A stretch of DNA of 64,000 nucleotides from contig CAVTQK010000015.1 in the NCBI GenBank assembly GCA_963736855.1, positions 96,001 to 160,000 on the forward strand, in the 5' to 3' direction. Below the pieces are notes generated by a model that ran no database searches, was not told the origin of the DNA, and worked only from the letters and a program-made list of their open reading frames with translations. Numbering within the stretch: the first letter of the stretch is position 1; each line of letters begins with the position of its first letter. The DNA comes from an uncultured delta proteobacterium. Lineage in GTDB: Bacteria > Desulfobacterota > Desulfobacteria > Desulfobacterales > UBA2156. A program made the translations under genes and the position numbers. Below are positions 41,757 through 51,250 of this stretch, piece after piece.

Positions 41757-42488
41757 TCATGGGGCTATGGAAATCAACTCCACTTCAAAGATCAGGGTTG
41801 CATTGGGACCGATAGGGCCTCCGGGGGTTCCGGACTCGCCATAAGCGAGCTGGGGCGGGATAACAAGTTGCCATTTGGATCCTTCTTTCATGAGCTGAAG
41901 GGCTTCGGTCCACCCCTTGATTACGCCATTGACCGGAAATGTGGCGGGTTTTCCTCTTTTGTAGGAGCTGTCAAACTCCGTCCCGTCGATGAGGCTCCCT
42001 TTATAGTTGACGGTCACCCGATCCGTCTCCTTGGGAATCTTGCCGGTCCCTTCCTTGATCACGTGATACTGTAAGCCGCTCGGGTTGGTCTTCACACCTT
42101 TTTTGCCCCGATTTTCATCGAGAAACTTTTTACTTTCCACTTTATTTTTTTCTCCCAACACTTTCATCTTTTTTTCCTGTTCGGCCCTTTCGGCCTGTTG
42201 CTTTTCAGTCAGCTTTTTCTGAAGACCTGCCAAGATCTCCTGTATCTCTTTTTCGGTCAACAGCATTTCTTTGCCGGCAAATCCGTCCCTGACCCCTTTT
42301 TCGATGAGGGCAACGTCCAAATCTAAAGCGTGCATTTCAGAAAAGCGCTTCATGTTTTTTGCGGTGCTGACCCCCATAGAATAACTCAACTTGGCCTTGT
42401 CGGTCTTCAGGACAGAGGAGTCCTGAGCCGATGCGGCAAGTGTCGTGACCGCCAGAAGCACCAGAGAAATAACAATTTGATAAATCAT
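41757..42488 (-). CDS. FKBP-type peptidyl-prolyl isomerase (FkpA/Mip-like)
   Basis: Signal peptide, SYSMG, SGLQY, GTEFDSS, VIKGW.EAL, LAYG. Confidence 0.93.
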   Translation of the reverse strand: MIYQIVISLVLLAVTTLAASAQDSSVLKTDKAKLSYSMGVSTAKNMKRFSEMHALDLDVALIEKGVRDGFAGKEMLLTEKEIQEILAGLQKKLTEKQQAERAEQEKKMKVLGEKNKVESKKFLDENRGKKGVKTNPSGLQYHVIKEGTGKIPKETDRVTVNYKGSLIDGTEFDSSYKRGKPATFPVNGVIKGWTEALQLMKEGSKWQLVIPPQLAYGESGTPGGPIGPNATLIFEVELISIAP

Positions 42489-42653
42489 TTTTATTTCCTT
42501 TCCGCCATCATGAATGGGAATACCGATGCCGGCAGCCTATAAGCCGGATGCGGGATTGTCAATGCTTGTATCTAGAGATTCGAATACTCCAGGATTGCAC
42601 TTAATCCTTCGGATTGTTGGCAGGGATGACGATTCACGTGTAGGGCGCAAATT

Positions 42654-43388
42654 TTACTTCATCCTGCGGATGCGTACCTCGATCTCCCCGGCATCTTTCA
42701 TCAATTCCACCAACCGGTTAGGATCCGTATCGCTGAAATGATATGGATACAGGATGTTAGGCCTGAAAGCCTTGGCTGCGTCGGCCACCATCTCCGGGGT
42801 CATTGTGTAAGGCAGGTTCATGGGCAAAAAGGCCACAGCGATGTCTTTCAGCGCTTTCATCTCCGGGGTGTTTTCGGTGTCGCCCGCCACGTAAACACGT
42901 TTATTTCCAAAGGTAATCAGATATCCGTTTCCGTTTCCTTTTGGGTGGAAAGGCTCTCCGGAATCTCTTTTATGAGCAAGGTTGTAGGCCGGGATTGCTT
43001 CTATAGTCAGTCCGCATACGGTCTTTACATCCCCGTTTCCCATGGGGAGCCCTTCTTTAAGCGTCTGGATGCAATCGCGGGCGAAAACGCGTACGGTTTT
43101 TTCGGTTGAGACGGCTGCAATGGCATCCGGGTCGAGATGGTCGCCGTGGCTATGGGTGACAAGGATCAGGTCTGCTTTAGGAAGCGCGAGGTAATCGGCC
43201 AGCTTTCCCCACGGGTCCACATGGATCACTTTTTTTTGGAAGATGAACATGAGCGTTCCATGACCGATGAAAGTGATCTCAAGGTCGCCGGCGGATGTTT
43301 TGATCAGGTCCTTCTCAAACGGCTGCGACCCCGCCACTGCAGACCCCATCGCCGCTGAAAAAAGAATGAGAAAAACAAGAGGTTTCAT
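42654..43388 (-). CDS. Exported MBL-fold metallohydrolase
   Basis: THSHGDHLD, AGDT, PYH; signal peptide. Confidence 0.85.
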   Translation of the reverse strand: MKPLVFLILFSAAMGSAVAGSQPFEKDLIKTSAGDLEITFIGHGTLMFIFQKKVIHVDPWGKLADYLALPKADLILVTHSHGDHLDPDAIAAVSTEKTVRVFARDCIQTLKEGLPMGNGDVKTVCGLTIEAIPAYNLAHKRDSGEPFHPKGNGNGYLITFGNKRVYVAGDTENTPEMKALKDIAVAFLPMNLPYTMTPEMVADAAKAFRPNILYPYHFSDTDPNRLVELMKDAGEIEVRIRRMK

Positions 43389-43611
43389 AAAATGCGCTCC
43401 TTATGCATAGGCAAGGGCTACGTTTGGATTGAAGTCGATAAACGCCTTTTGAGCAATGCCTGAAAAACTTTAGGATGAAAAGACAGCGACTGACAAGTTG
43501 AAAGTGAAAAAGTCCCGAATGGTTTTGACTGTTAGTTTCCGGTGGAAGAAAAGATCCTGTCGTTCCGCGCGGGATAAACGATCGGCTCTTGACAAAAGCA
43601 GATAGAGGGTT

Positions 43612-43645
43612 AAAAAAAAGCGGGGCGGCATATGCCTCCCCGCTT
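43612..43645 (-). terminator. Intrinsic terminator after the Lys/Thr-rich microprotein gene
   Basis: Minus strand: GCGGGGAGGCATATGCCGCCCCGC followed by T8. Confidence 0.8.
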
Positions 43646-43668
43646 CTCACTTAAGGGCTGTTTGAAGG

Positions 43669-43782
43669 CTATTTCTTCTTAGTGGTGGTGCTTTTTTTAG
43701 TGGTGCTTTTTTTGGCAGCGGGCTTCTTTTTGGCAGCAGTGGTGGTCTTTTTTACAGTGGTGGTCTTTTTTGCTGTTGCCAT
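43669..43782 (-). CDS. 37-aa Lys/Thr/Ala-rich basic microprotein (histone-H1-tail-like)
   Basis: MATAKKTTTVKKTTTAAKKKPAAKKSTTKKSTTTKKK; RBS AAGGAGGT 5 nt upstream; own terminator. Confidence 0.75.
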   Translation of the reverse strand: MATAKKTTTVKKTTTAAKKKPAAKKSTTKKSTTTKKK

Positions 43783-44009
43783 GGCAACCTCCTTGATGGG
43801 TTTATGGATGGTGTTGACGACCGTGCCCTTAAGCAAAGAAGTGTACTTTTTTTATATCCTTTATTTTGTGGTAAACAGTCTGTTATTATACTATATACAG
43901 TATGTCAAGCTTTTTTTTTCAAAAAAATCATTATTTTTTCTTCGGAAAGCCCATGGGACCGGGGGATGATCTGATCCAATTTTTTAGGGGTTTTATTTAG
44001 AGTAATTAG

Positions 44010-45146
44010 ATGCGAGTATCGGTTTTTCTTTCAATCTTTTTATCGATATACGGGTTGCTACACGCCTATACCTTCTTCAAGGTGAAAAACGCATTCCTGT
44101 TGAGCCGGAGATCGGGCATCGGCCTTTTTGTGTTTTTGGCTTTTATGGTTTTGTGTCCCATGCTCACCCGGCTGTCAGAGAGGTTATCGTCGGAGGTGCT
44201 ATCCATAAGCCTGGCGTATGTGGGATACACATGGATGGGTGTGTTGTTCCTTTTTATCAACCTCCATTTATGTCTCGATATCGCCGGTTTTTTATGGAGA
44301 CTCTTCACCCGTGGCAAACCAGTGCTGGGTAGGATGCTTTCCCGCAGGGTTGCTTTTTGGTTTTGCGCTGCCGCTTCCGTGGTTTTAGCTTTCTATGGAT
44401 ATTTCGAGGCGCTCCGTATCCATACGGATCATGTGGTGATCCAGAGCCTGAAAATTCCGGCTGCTATAGGCAAAATCCGAATCGTCCAGATATCCGACGT
44501 GCATCTGGGAATCATGGTCAGGGAATCCCGGCTTAGAAGCATCATTCGAAAGGCGGCGGCGGAAAAGCCGGATATTTTGGTCTCCACCGGGGACTTGGTG
44601 GATGGCCAGATCGATGACATTTCCGGGATGGCCGGGTTGTTTCGCAGTATCGACGCCCCGTATGGAAGGTTCGCCGTTACCGGAAACCATGAATATTATG
44701 CCGGCATCGAAAGGGCTGTGGCTTTCACCGAGCAAGCTGGGTTCACCCTGCTGCGGGGAGACGAACGGGATGTCCGGGGAATAATGAGCGTGGTGGGTGT
44801 CGAGGATCCGGCGGCCGGTCGATTCACGGACGTTTCAACCCGATCGGAGGACCTGCTTTTATCTTCAGAGACAGACAGCCGTTTCGTCTTGCTATTAAAG
44901 CACCGCCCCGTGCTGAACCCAAGGAGCGCAGGGCGTTTTGATCTGCAGCTTTCCGGTCATGCGCACAAAGGACAGATCTTTCCCTTTTCATTGATCATCA
45001 GGGCGATTTACCCCATCGATGCAGGGTTGCTTCCCCTTCCCCGCGATGGTTTTTTATATGTCAGCCGGGGCTCCGGGACCTGGGGACCGCCCATGCGGAT
45101 TCTTGCCCCACCGGAGGTGACGGTGATTGACCTTATTCCGAAATGA
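44010..45146 (+). CDS. Membrane-anchored metallophosphoesterase (YkuE-like)
   Basis: N-terminal TMs, SDVHLG, GDLVD, GNHE, SGHAH.GQ, G.GTWGPP.R. Confidence 0.9.
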   Translation: MRVSVFLSIFLSIYGLLHAYTFFKVKNAFLLSRRSGIGLFVFLAFMVLCPMLTRLSERLSSEVLSISLAYVGYTWMGVLFLFINLHLCLDIAGFLWRLFTRGKPVLGRMLSRRVAFWFCAAASVVLAFYGYFEALRIHTDHVVIQSLKIPAAIGKIRIVQISDVHLGIMVRESRLRSIIRKAAAEKPDILVSTGDLVDGQIDDISGMAGLFRSIDAPYGRFAVTGNHEYYAGIERAVAFTEQAGFTLLRGDERDVRGIMSVVGVEDPAAGRFTDVSTRSEDLLLSSETDSRFVLLLKHRPVLNPRSAGRFDLQLSGHAHKGQIFPFSLIIRAIYPIDAGLLPLPRDGFLYVSRGSGTWGPPMRILAPPEVTVIDLIPK

Positions 45147-45199
45147 AAAGGAGAAGGCATCCATGAGATGTCCGATTATGAATTTTCGCTGCGTAAATT

Positions 45200-45356
45200 T
45201 TGATGAAATTGTAAAAACTCAAAATTAGGATGGCAAAGTAAAAAGCTTCAGATGCAAGGTGCGCAAATCCTGAGGAATGAGGCGTACATATGGGTACGCC
45301 GCAATGACGAAGGATGCAGTGCAACGCAGCAGATGGACTTTTTACGAAGCTATCAA
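45200..45356 (+). repeat. MITE-like element family A, copy 3
   Basis: 157 bp, near-identical to the other copies. Confidence 0.9.
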
Positions 45357-45384
45357 ATTTTACGGGTTATCTGGAGGAAAGGAT

Positions 45385-47262
45385 ATGATCGCGGCGGAAC
45401 ATCTGACGAAAAGCTACGGATCCTGGATCCTGTTCGACCGCATCAGCTTCAAGATCAACCCCAAAGAGCGGGTGGGGCTGGTGGGTCGAAACGGGCACGG
45501 GAAGACTACCCTGTTTCGGATCATCCTCGGTCAGGAGGACTACGACGGAGGAGTTCTTTCCATCCCCAAAAACTACCGGATCGGTCATGTGGCTCAGCAG
45601 CTTGACTTTGTGGAGGATACGACGCTCGAGGAAGGGATGCGGGGACTTCCGGCAAATGAAAAGGATCACCGCTGGAAAGTGGAAAAGATCCTGGCCGGCC
45701 TGGGCTTTTCCGACCGGCAGATGGAAAGCCGACCGGAAATTCTATCCGGAGGATTCCAGGTGCGACTTAACTTGGTGAAAACGCTGGTCTCGGAACCGGA
45801 TCTGCTCCTTTTAGATGAGCCCACCAATTATCTGGACATCACTTCCATCCGATGGGTTCAGCGCTTTTTGTCGGATTGGGCGCGGGAGCTGATCCTGATT
45901 ACCCACGATCGCGGGTTTATGGATGGCGTCGTGACCCACACCATGGGAATTCATCGGAAAAAAGTGAGAAAGATCGCCGGGAACACAGGAAAATATTACG
46001 CCCAGATCGCCCAGGAAGAAGAGATCCATGAAAAAACGCGCATCAAAGATGAGCGACGAAGACAAGAGGTCGAGCAATTCATCACCCGTTTTCGAGCCAA
46101 GGCCCGGTTGGCCGGTCTGGTTCAAAGCCGAATCAAGACTCTATCCAAAAAGCAGAAAACAGAGAAGTTGGAAAAGGTTCGCGATCTGGAGTTCAGCTTC
46201 AACTACCGGCCTTTCCGGAGTAAGCAACTGCTGACCGTCAGCGAGCTGTCCTTTGCGTACCCGGGTCAGAGCCCACTGTTCCATGACCTGGATTTTTCTG
46301 TTCATTCTACGGACCGTATTTGTGTCGTGGGTCCTAACGGGAAGGGCAAGACCACGCTGTTAAAGCTTCTAGCCGGAAAATTGGTGCCGCAGGCCGGGGA
46401 TGTCACGTATCATCCGGATGCTGCCGTCGGCTTTTATGAACAGACGAATGTGCATAGCCTGCGGGATTCTTTTACGGTGGCCCAGGAAGTTCAGTCCAGT
46501 CTCGGCGACGGGGATTACCAGAAGGCCCGGAATATTTGCGGTGCCATGCTCTTTGAGGGCGACGACGCCCTGAAAAAAATTGCGGTGCTGTCCGGCGGTG
46601 AAAAGGCACGGGTGATTCTGGGTAAAGTAATCGCCTTGCCGGTAAACCTGCTCCTTTTGGATGAGCCCACCAATCATCTGGATATGGAATCCGCCGACGC
46701 CCTCCTGGCCGCCATTGACGCGTTCGATGGAGCGGTGATTTTGGTGACGCACAATCAAATGTACCTGCACGCATTGGCTAACCGGCTCATCGTTTTTAAA
46801 AAAGATCGGGTGATCTTCTTCGAAGACGGTTATCAGGAATTCCTGGAGGCAGGTGGATGGGAAGACGAAACAGCCGGAAAAACCGCGGCTTTCCGTCCCG
46901 ATGCCCCCAATGCCTGCGATGCCGCCGTAGAGCGAAGGGATAAAAAGGCGCTCCGAAAAGAAAGATCCAGGATCATCAATGAGCGTTCCCAAAGCCTCAA
47001 ACCTCTCTTGAGAACGATCGGAGAAACGGAGAAGCGCATAGAGGATCTCGAATCGAAACTGAAGAAGATGCAGGCCGATCTGATATGCGCATCGCAGGAA
47101 AAAGATGGAATGCGTATTGCCGAACTCTCCATCGAAACCAGTCGCTGCCGACAGGAGGTCGACCGGCAATTCGGAGACCTGGAAAGACTGTATCTTGAAA
47201 AAGAGACCCTGGAAACGGAATATGCTCGACAACTGGAATCCCCCCAGGATACCTTAACGTAA
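45385..47262 (+). CDS. ABC-F family ATP-binding protein
   Basis: Two ABC cassettes (GRNGHGKTT / GPNGKGKTT, LSGG, LDEPTN), no TMs, coiled-coil tail; start at ATG 45385. Confidence 0.92.
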   Translation: MIAAEHLTKSYGSWILFDRISFKINPKERVGLVGRNGHGKTTLFRIILGQEDYDGGVLSIPKNYRIGHVAQQLDFVEDTTLEEGMRGLPANEKDHRWKVEKILAGLGFSDRQMESRPEILSGGFQVRLNLVKTLVSEPDLLLLDEPTNYLDITSIRWVQRFLSDWARELILITHDRGFMDGVVTHTMGIHRKKVRKIAGNTGKYYAQIAQEEEIHEKTRIKDERRRQEVEQFITRFRAKARLAGLVQSRIKTLSKKQKTEKLEKVRDLEFSFNYRPFRSKQLLTVSELSFAYPGQSPLFHDLDFSVHSTDRICVVGPNGKGKTTLLKLLAGKLVPQAGDVTYHPDAAVGFYEQTNVHSLRDSFTVAQEVQSSLGDGDYQKARNICGAMLFEGDDALKKIAVLSGGEKARVILGKVIALPVNLLLLDEPTNHLDMESADALLAAIDAFDGAVILVTHNQMYLHALANRLIVFKKDRVIFFEDGYQEFLEAGGWEDETAGKTAAFRPDAPNACDAAVERRDKKALRKERSRIINERSQSLKPLLRTIGETEKRIEDLESKLKKMQADLICASQEKDGMRIAELSIETSRCRQEVDRQFGDLERLYLEKETLETEYARQLESPQDTLT

Positions 47263-47417
47263 AGGCGCTTTCGGGTTCCGATTTTAAACTTGCATGGGAC
47301 GCCCAGGTCGTCTATCCAAGAAAGAAATAACGGCGAAAAAAGACATCGGCCTGCTTAAGGGTGTATGGCAGCATTTAACAAACCCTTGAAAAGCGGAAGT
47401 GAGGGCTTCCGATAAAG

Positions 47418-47753
47418 ATGAGTAATCTTTTTCAAGTCGCTTTTTTTACCTGCCTCCTGCTGTCTTCTTTTATAAGTGAAATCAAATTGTTAGATCAAAC
47501 GTGGACTCCAGGCGATCGGAAAACCCTCCGATATGGGGTTTATGTGAGCCGAATCGGGACGTTTGATCCGCACAAGGCGTCATCTTCTTCGGATCTTGTT
47601 ATCGCCGATTTGCTTTTCAACGGGCTTCTTCGGTATCACCCCGGCAACGCACCGAAAATCGATTCGGATTTGGCATCCGCCATACCGTACATGCAGATCA
47701 TCCACGGAAAATAAGTTTGGACGTTCAAGCTTAAAGAAGTGGTGGTGTTTCAT
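47418..47753 (+). pseudogene. Truncated family-5 ABC substrate-binding protein
   Basis: GTFDPH, LFNGLLRY, DLA, in-frame TAA at 47712, then VWTFKLK...FH; cut by the IS fragment. Confidence 0.7.
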
Positions 47754-48414
47754 GCACTTCCTGAACCGCTGAAAAACTGGAGGCCGTCCCCTCCTGTTCC
47801 ACAAAGAACATGGAGTAATGCTCACTGTTGGCATCGTCCATGGTGACGATCAGATCCCAGTAGCATCCCGGAACCCATTCATGCATGCTGCCGTCCTGAT
47901 GCAGCATCATCCCGACCACCGGGGCCCGCTGACGCCGTTTGCGATGTCGACCCCGAACCCGACACCTTATTAACCAGCCCGGCTTCCTGCAGCGTATTCT
48001 TCACCCAGCTGTAGGAACGCACACCCGCATGCATCCGACGATAAAAACCGTAAAAATGCTTGATGTTCCACCCCCCGTAACGCTCACGATAGGTTCCCAA
48101 AACCTGCATCACTTCATCCACCGGCGCACGGCGATGAGATACCTGAGTCAGACGTTTGTCCAATAAACCCTCCATCCCATCCTCTTCGTACCGGTAAATG
48201 TAACGACGAAACGTCCGCTCACAAACCCCCAACAACCGCGCCGCCTCCTGCTGCGTTAACCGATCCTCACCCCATCCAAAATACGCTTCCTCAAACCGCA
48301 TCATCCGAGCCTCCTGTAACCACTGTGTCCGCTTCATCAGTCCACCTCCTCGGTGACTTCATAAACCGGACAGTTTATGTGTTACAAACCCGGACAGTTT
48401 ATTTGTTCTCTACA
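47754..48414 (-). mobile_element. Partial ISNCY/IS481-like element (left end plus frameshifted, truncated transposase)
   Basis: MKRTQWLQE.RMMRF HTH N-terminus, MMLHQDGS.HEW, TMDDA; terminal TGTAGAGAAC with two CCGGACAGTTTAT repeats. Confidence 0.85.
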
Positions 48415-48746
48415 GGCGATACAATCCCGATTGACAGCGCATTCACCTTCGGATAATCGAAACCCATACGCCATGACAAATGTGTGTTCCCATATCTGGG
48501 GGTGCAAATGATGGTAAAACACAATTCATACCCATCCTTAGCACGTACGTGTAAAAGCGATTTCTTATCAATTAGATAAGGCGCCAACCGAAATGGCGAA
48601 AGAGGGCCCGAGCCCGGTTTACGGGAAATGGCCTACGGTGACGTGACCCACACCCGAAAATGAAAGGGCGATCTACCCGGGAGATGGGAGGGTATTGCTG
48701 GAAGATTCGACTGAATACTGATTTGCACTGAATTCATGTATCAAAT

Positions 48747-49913
48747 ATGACTGCATACACCTTTCCCCTTGAAAATAACCTTGTGGTGTTCCGGCCGGGA
48801 GTAAGAGGCCTATTCATTTTAAATGAAACCGCGGGTATGATCTGGAAAGGGCACGCTGATCGATTGCATCCCGGGCAAATTGCTTCTCAACTTGCAGAAC
48901 AATTTCATATTTCAAAAGAAAATGCTCAAAAGGATGTTGAACAGACAATTCGATTTTGGGCTGCTCATGGTCTCGTGGATGCAACATTGGGAAAAGCCTC
49001 CTTACAGCCAGGTACCCTGGATCATTCATCCAACCAAGCTTTCCCTCCGCCTCGAATTTCAGTAAAATCTTTTTTTTCTCAGCACTCATATTCGCTATTT
49101 GACAAATCCTTTCGAATCGGTTTTGAAACACTTGATTTGAAAAATGCCATTCACCCCCTGCTTTTTCAGTTTGAAACCGTTTCAGAGTCAACGACCAAAG
49201 TCCGGATCGATATTTTTTCAAATGAGGGCACCTATTTTGTCGCAAGAAACGGCAAGATCGTCGGGCAAAACGCCGCCATACATGAGACTGTCAGCCTGGT
49301 GCTAAAAGAACTCTTTAATATTCTTCACCCGGAAATGGAGTGGATGGCGGTCCTCCATGGAGCGGCTGTCGGAAGTTATTCTCATGGCATCTTGTTTCCA
49401 GGAGATGGGGGAAACGGAAAGTCCACACTGGTGGCCGCCCTTTCCAAATGCGGTTTCGGTTATCTCAACGACGACACCGTTCCTTTGGATGCGAACACGC
49501 AATATGCAGCCGCTCTTCCATTTAACATCTGCTTAAAGGAAGGAAGCTGGGCGACGTTACAATCTTATTATCCGGAAGTAGATTCCCTTCCGGTTTATGA
49601 ACGATATGGGAAACTGGTCCGTTATCTGCCAATTGAAAGAAACTCCGTTTGGAAAGACGTACGCTATTTCCCGGTTAAAACCGTGATTTTTCCTGCATAC
49701 CGAAAAGAAGGGGAAAACCGCCTCGAAAAGATTTCAAAAACCGAGGCGCTTAAACATTTTGTCCAATCCGGTATTTGGATTTCGCCGGACCCGGAACATG
49801 TGAGCCGGTTCATCGAGTGGATGAGATATCCTTCCTGTTACCGGCTTTCATATCATCTGCTTTCATGGGCGATTCAAAAAATCAGCGAGTTGGCAGACAA
49901 TGAAGCCGTTTAA
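48747..49913 (+). CDS. PqqD/RRE domain fused to an HPr-kinase-like P-loop domain
   Basis: N-terminal LNETA..IW...IA..LAE.F.I....A.KDV......GLV; C-terminal LHGAAV, GDGGNGKSTL, YLNDD. Confidence 0.8.
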   Translation: MTAYTFPLENNLVVFRPGVRGLFILNETAGMIWKGHADRLHPGQIASQLAEQFHISKENAQKDVEQTIRFWAAHGLVDATLGKASLQPGTLDHSSNQAFPPPRISVKSFFSQHSYSLFDKSFRIGFETLDLKNAIHPLLFQFETVSESTTKVRIDIFSNEGTYFVARNGKIVGQNAAIHETVSLVLKELFNILHPEMEWMAVLHGAAVGSYSHGILFPGDGGNGKSTLVAALSKCGFGYLNDDTVPLDANTQYAAALPFNICLKEGSWATLQSYYPEVDSLPVYERYGKLVRYLPIERNSVWKDVRYFPVKTVIFPAYRKEGENRLEKISKTEALKHFVQSGIWISPDPEHVSRFIEWMRYPSCYRLSYHLLSWAIQKISELADNEAV

Positions 49914-51042
49914 AGCCTTTCTTTTTTTGTGCCGATGTATTTCCTTTGAAGGTGATGACGCCAAACAGGCATCCCGCTTAAGACGAGAGATTGCCGCTGG
50001 AAATGCCGATTGGGAAATGATCATTAAAATAGCCGACCGTCATTTCGCTCTTCCGTTTTTATATCAAAGGCTTATAGAAAAAAATCTGCTCCAATATCTT
50101 CCCTCGAATAAAAGATTTTTTTTAAAAACTATATTCGAGCTTAATCTTTCCCGAAACCGGTTGCATAAGAAACAGGTCTTTGAAATCGCCCGGTTGTTCA
50201 ATGCCATCGATGTGGAGCCGTTGCTGTTAAAAGGGAGTGCAGCCCTTTTTTCAGGTCTCTATGCTTCCGATGGTGGAAGAATGATGAACGACCTGGATCT
50301 TCTTGTTCCTTACCCAAAACTCGAGTCTTGCATTCGGACCTTATTTGAATCCGGATATCGATTAATGCGAGATGAGGATCTGCCCGATCAATATCATGCT
50401 TATTTGCCGCTTGTGCACGAAAAGTATCTAACAAGGATTGAAATTCATAAGTATCCTATAAAGTTAAATTATAGTTCCATTTTAAATACAAATGAAATTT
50501 GGGAAAAATCAACTCCTTTGATATTTCAAAATGCCAGACTTCGAATTCCTGATTATCAGCATTTTATTTTACACAATATCATCCACAGTCAGCTTTCACA
50601 TAGGGGTAATAAAAAAAATAAAATCTATTTGTATCAGATGCTTGATTTGGTAATGCTAAGAAGAAATCTTGACAAAAAAATTGATTGGTATGACATAAAA
50701 AACCGATTTGAAAAAGCAGGGTATATACATCCTTTTTTGTCCTATTTGGTAATTGCTAGTAACCTTTTTAAACAACATGTGCCGGATCAAATTTGTTCAC
50801 GGCTCAAAGCTGCCATTATTTGGCATGTTTTCGAAGTTCTTTGCAATTATCCGATGGTAAACCATTTAAGAAATGCCATATATTCTTACATTGAAAATGT
50901 TAGAGTTGCATGTGGAGATCCGACAGAAAGAAGAATTTTGTTGAAAAAATTTTTAAAGACCAATACCTATAGGAAAAATATTATTTTATTTTTCAAAAAT
51001 ATTAATCATTCTTGTTTTACAAATAACAAACCATTTATTTGA
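49900..51042 (+). CDS. Nucleotidyltransferase family protein (NTP_transf_5-like)
   Basis: DWE.I...A..H, PLLLKG, R.MNDLDLLVP, IEIH; overlaps the upstream gene by 14 bp. Confidence 0.82.
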   Translation: MKPFKAFLFLCRCISFEGDDAKQASRLRREIAAGNADWEMIIKIADRHFALPFLYQRLIEKNLLQYLPSNKRFFLKTIFELNLSRNRLHKKQVFEIARLFNAIDVEPLLLKGSAALFSGLYASDGGRMMNDLDLLVPYPKLESCIRTLFESGYRLMRDEDLPDQYHAYLPLVHEKYLTRIEIHKYPIKLNYSSILNTNEIWEKSTPLIFQNARLRIPDYQHFILHNIIHSQLSHRGNKKNKIYLYQMLDLVMLRRNLDKKIDWYDIKNRFEKAGYIHPFLSYLVIASNLFKQHVPDQICSRLKAAIIWHVFEVLCNYPMVNHLRNAIYSYIENVRVACGDPTERRILLKKFLKTNTYRKNIILFFKNINHSCFTNNKPFI

Positions 51043-51061
51043 AAAATGAAAGGAAGGGAAA

Positions 51062-51250
51062 ATGGATCAGAAGTCTCAAAATAAAAATGATGTTGAAAAC
51101 ACGGTTAACAGCCTAATAGTAGACCAGGATCGACGGGCTATGCTCAAAACCATAGCTTATGCAGCTCCAATTACAATCATGCTTTTAACATCCGAATCGG
51201 CTTCACCAGCATCAAGACCACAGAACGGAGATGGTATCGGTCGTCCATAG
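51062..51250 (+). CDS. Putative RiPP precursor-like peptide; last 5 codons and stop derive from the IS3 end
   Basis: Purine-rich RBS; DRRAMLK..AYAAP...LL followed by Ser-rich TSESASPAS; third gene of the cassette. Confidence 0.6.
   Translation: MDQKSQNKNDVENTVNSLIVDQDRRAMLKTIAYAAPITIMLLTSESASPASRPQNGDGIGRP

Noticed and set aside
43682..43969. 95-aa hydrophobic ORF on the + strand
   Set aside because: Antisense shadow of the Lys/Thr-rich gene; the RBS and terminator are on the minus strand.
45277..45384. N-terminal extension of the ABC-F protein
   Set aside because: It begins inside the repeat; ATG 45385 has an RBS and starts the ABC domain.
48415..48746. GC-richer patch upstream of the RRE-kinase gene as a structured RNA or intron fragment
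   Set aside because: No convincing stems or diagnostic motif could be established by eye.
48747..51250. Calling the cassette a lasso peptide cluster
   Set aside because: No cyclase or B2 peptidase gene in the window, and the peptide has no clear Thr(-2) plus ring-forming Asp/Glu arrangement; it cannot be excluded for the ancestral locus.
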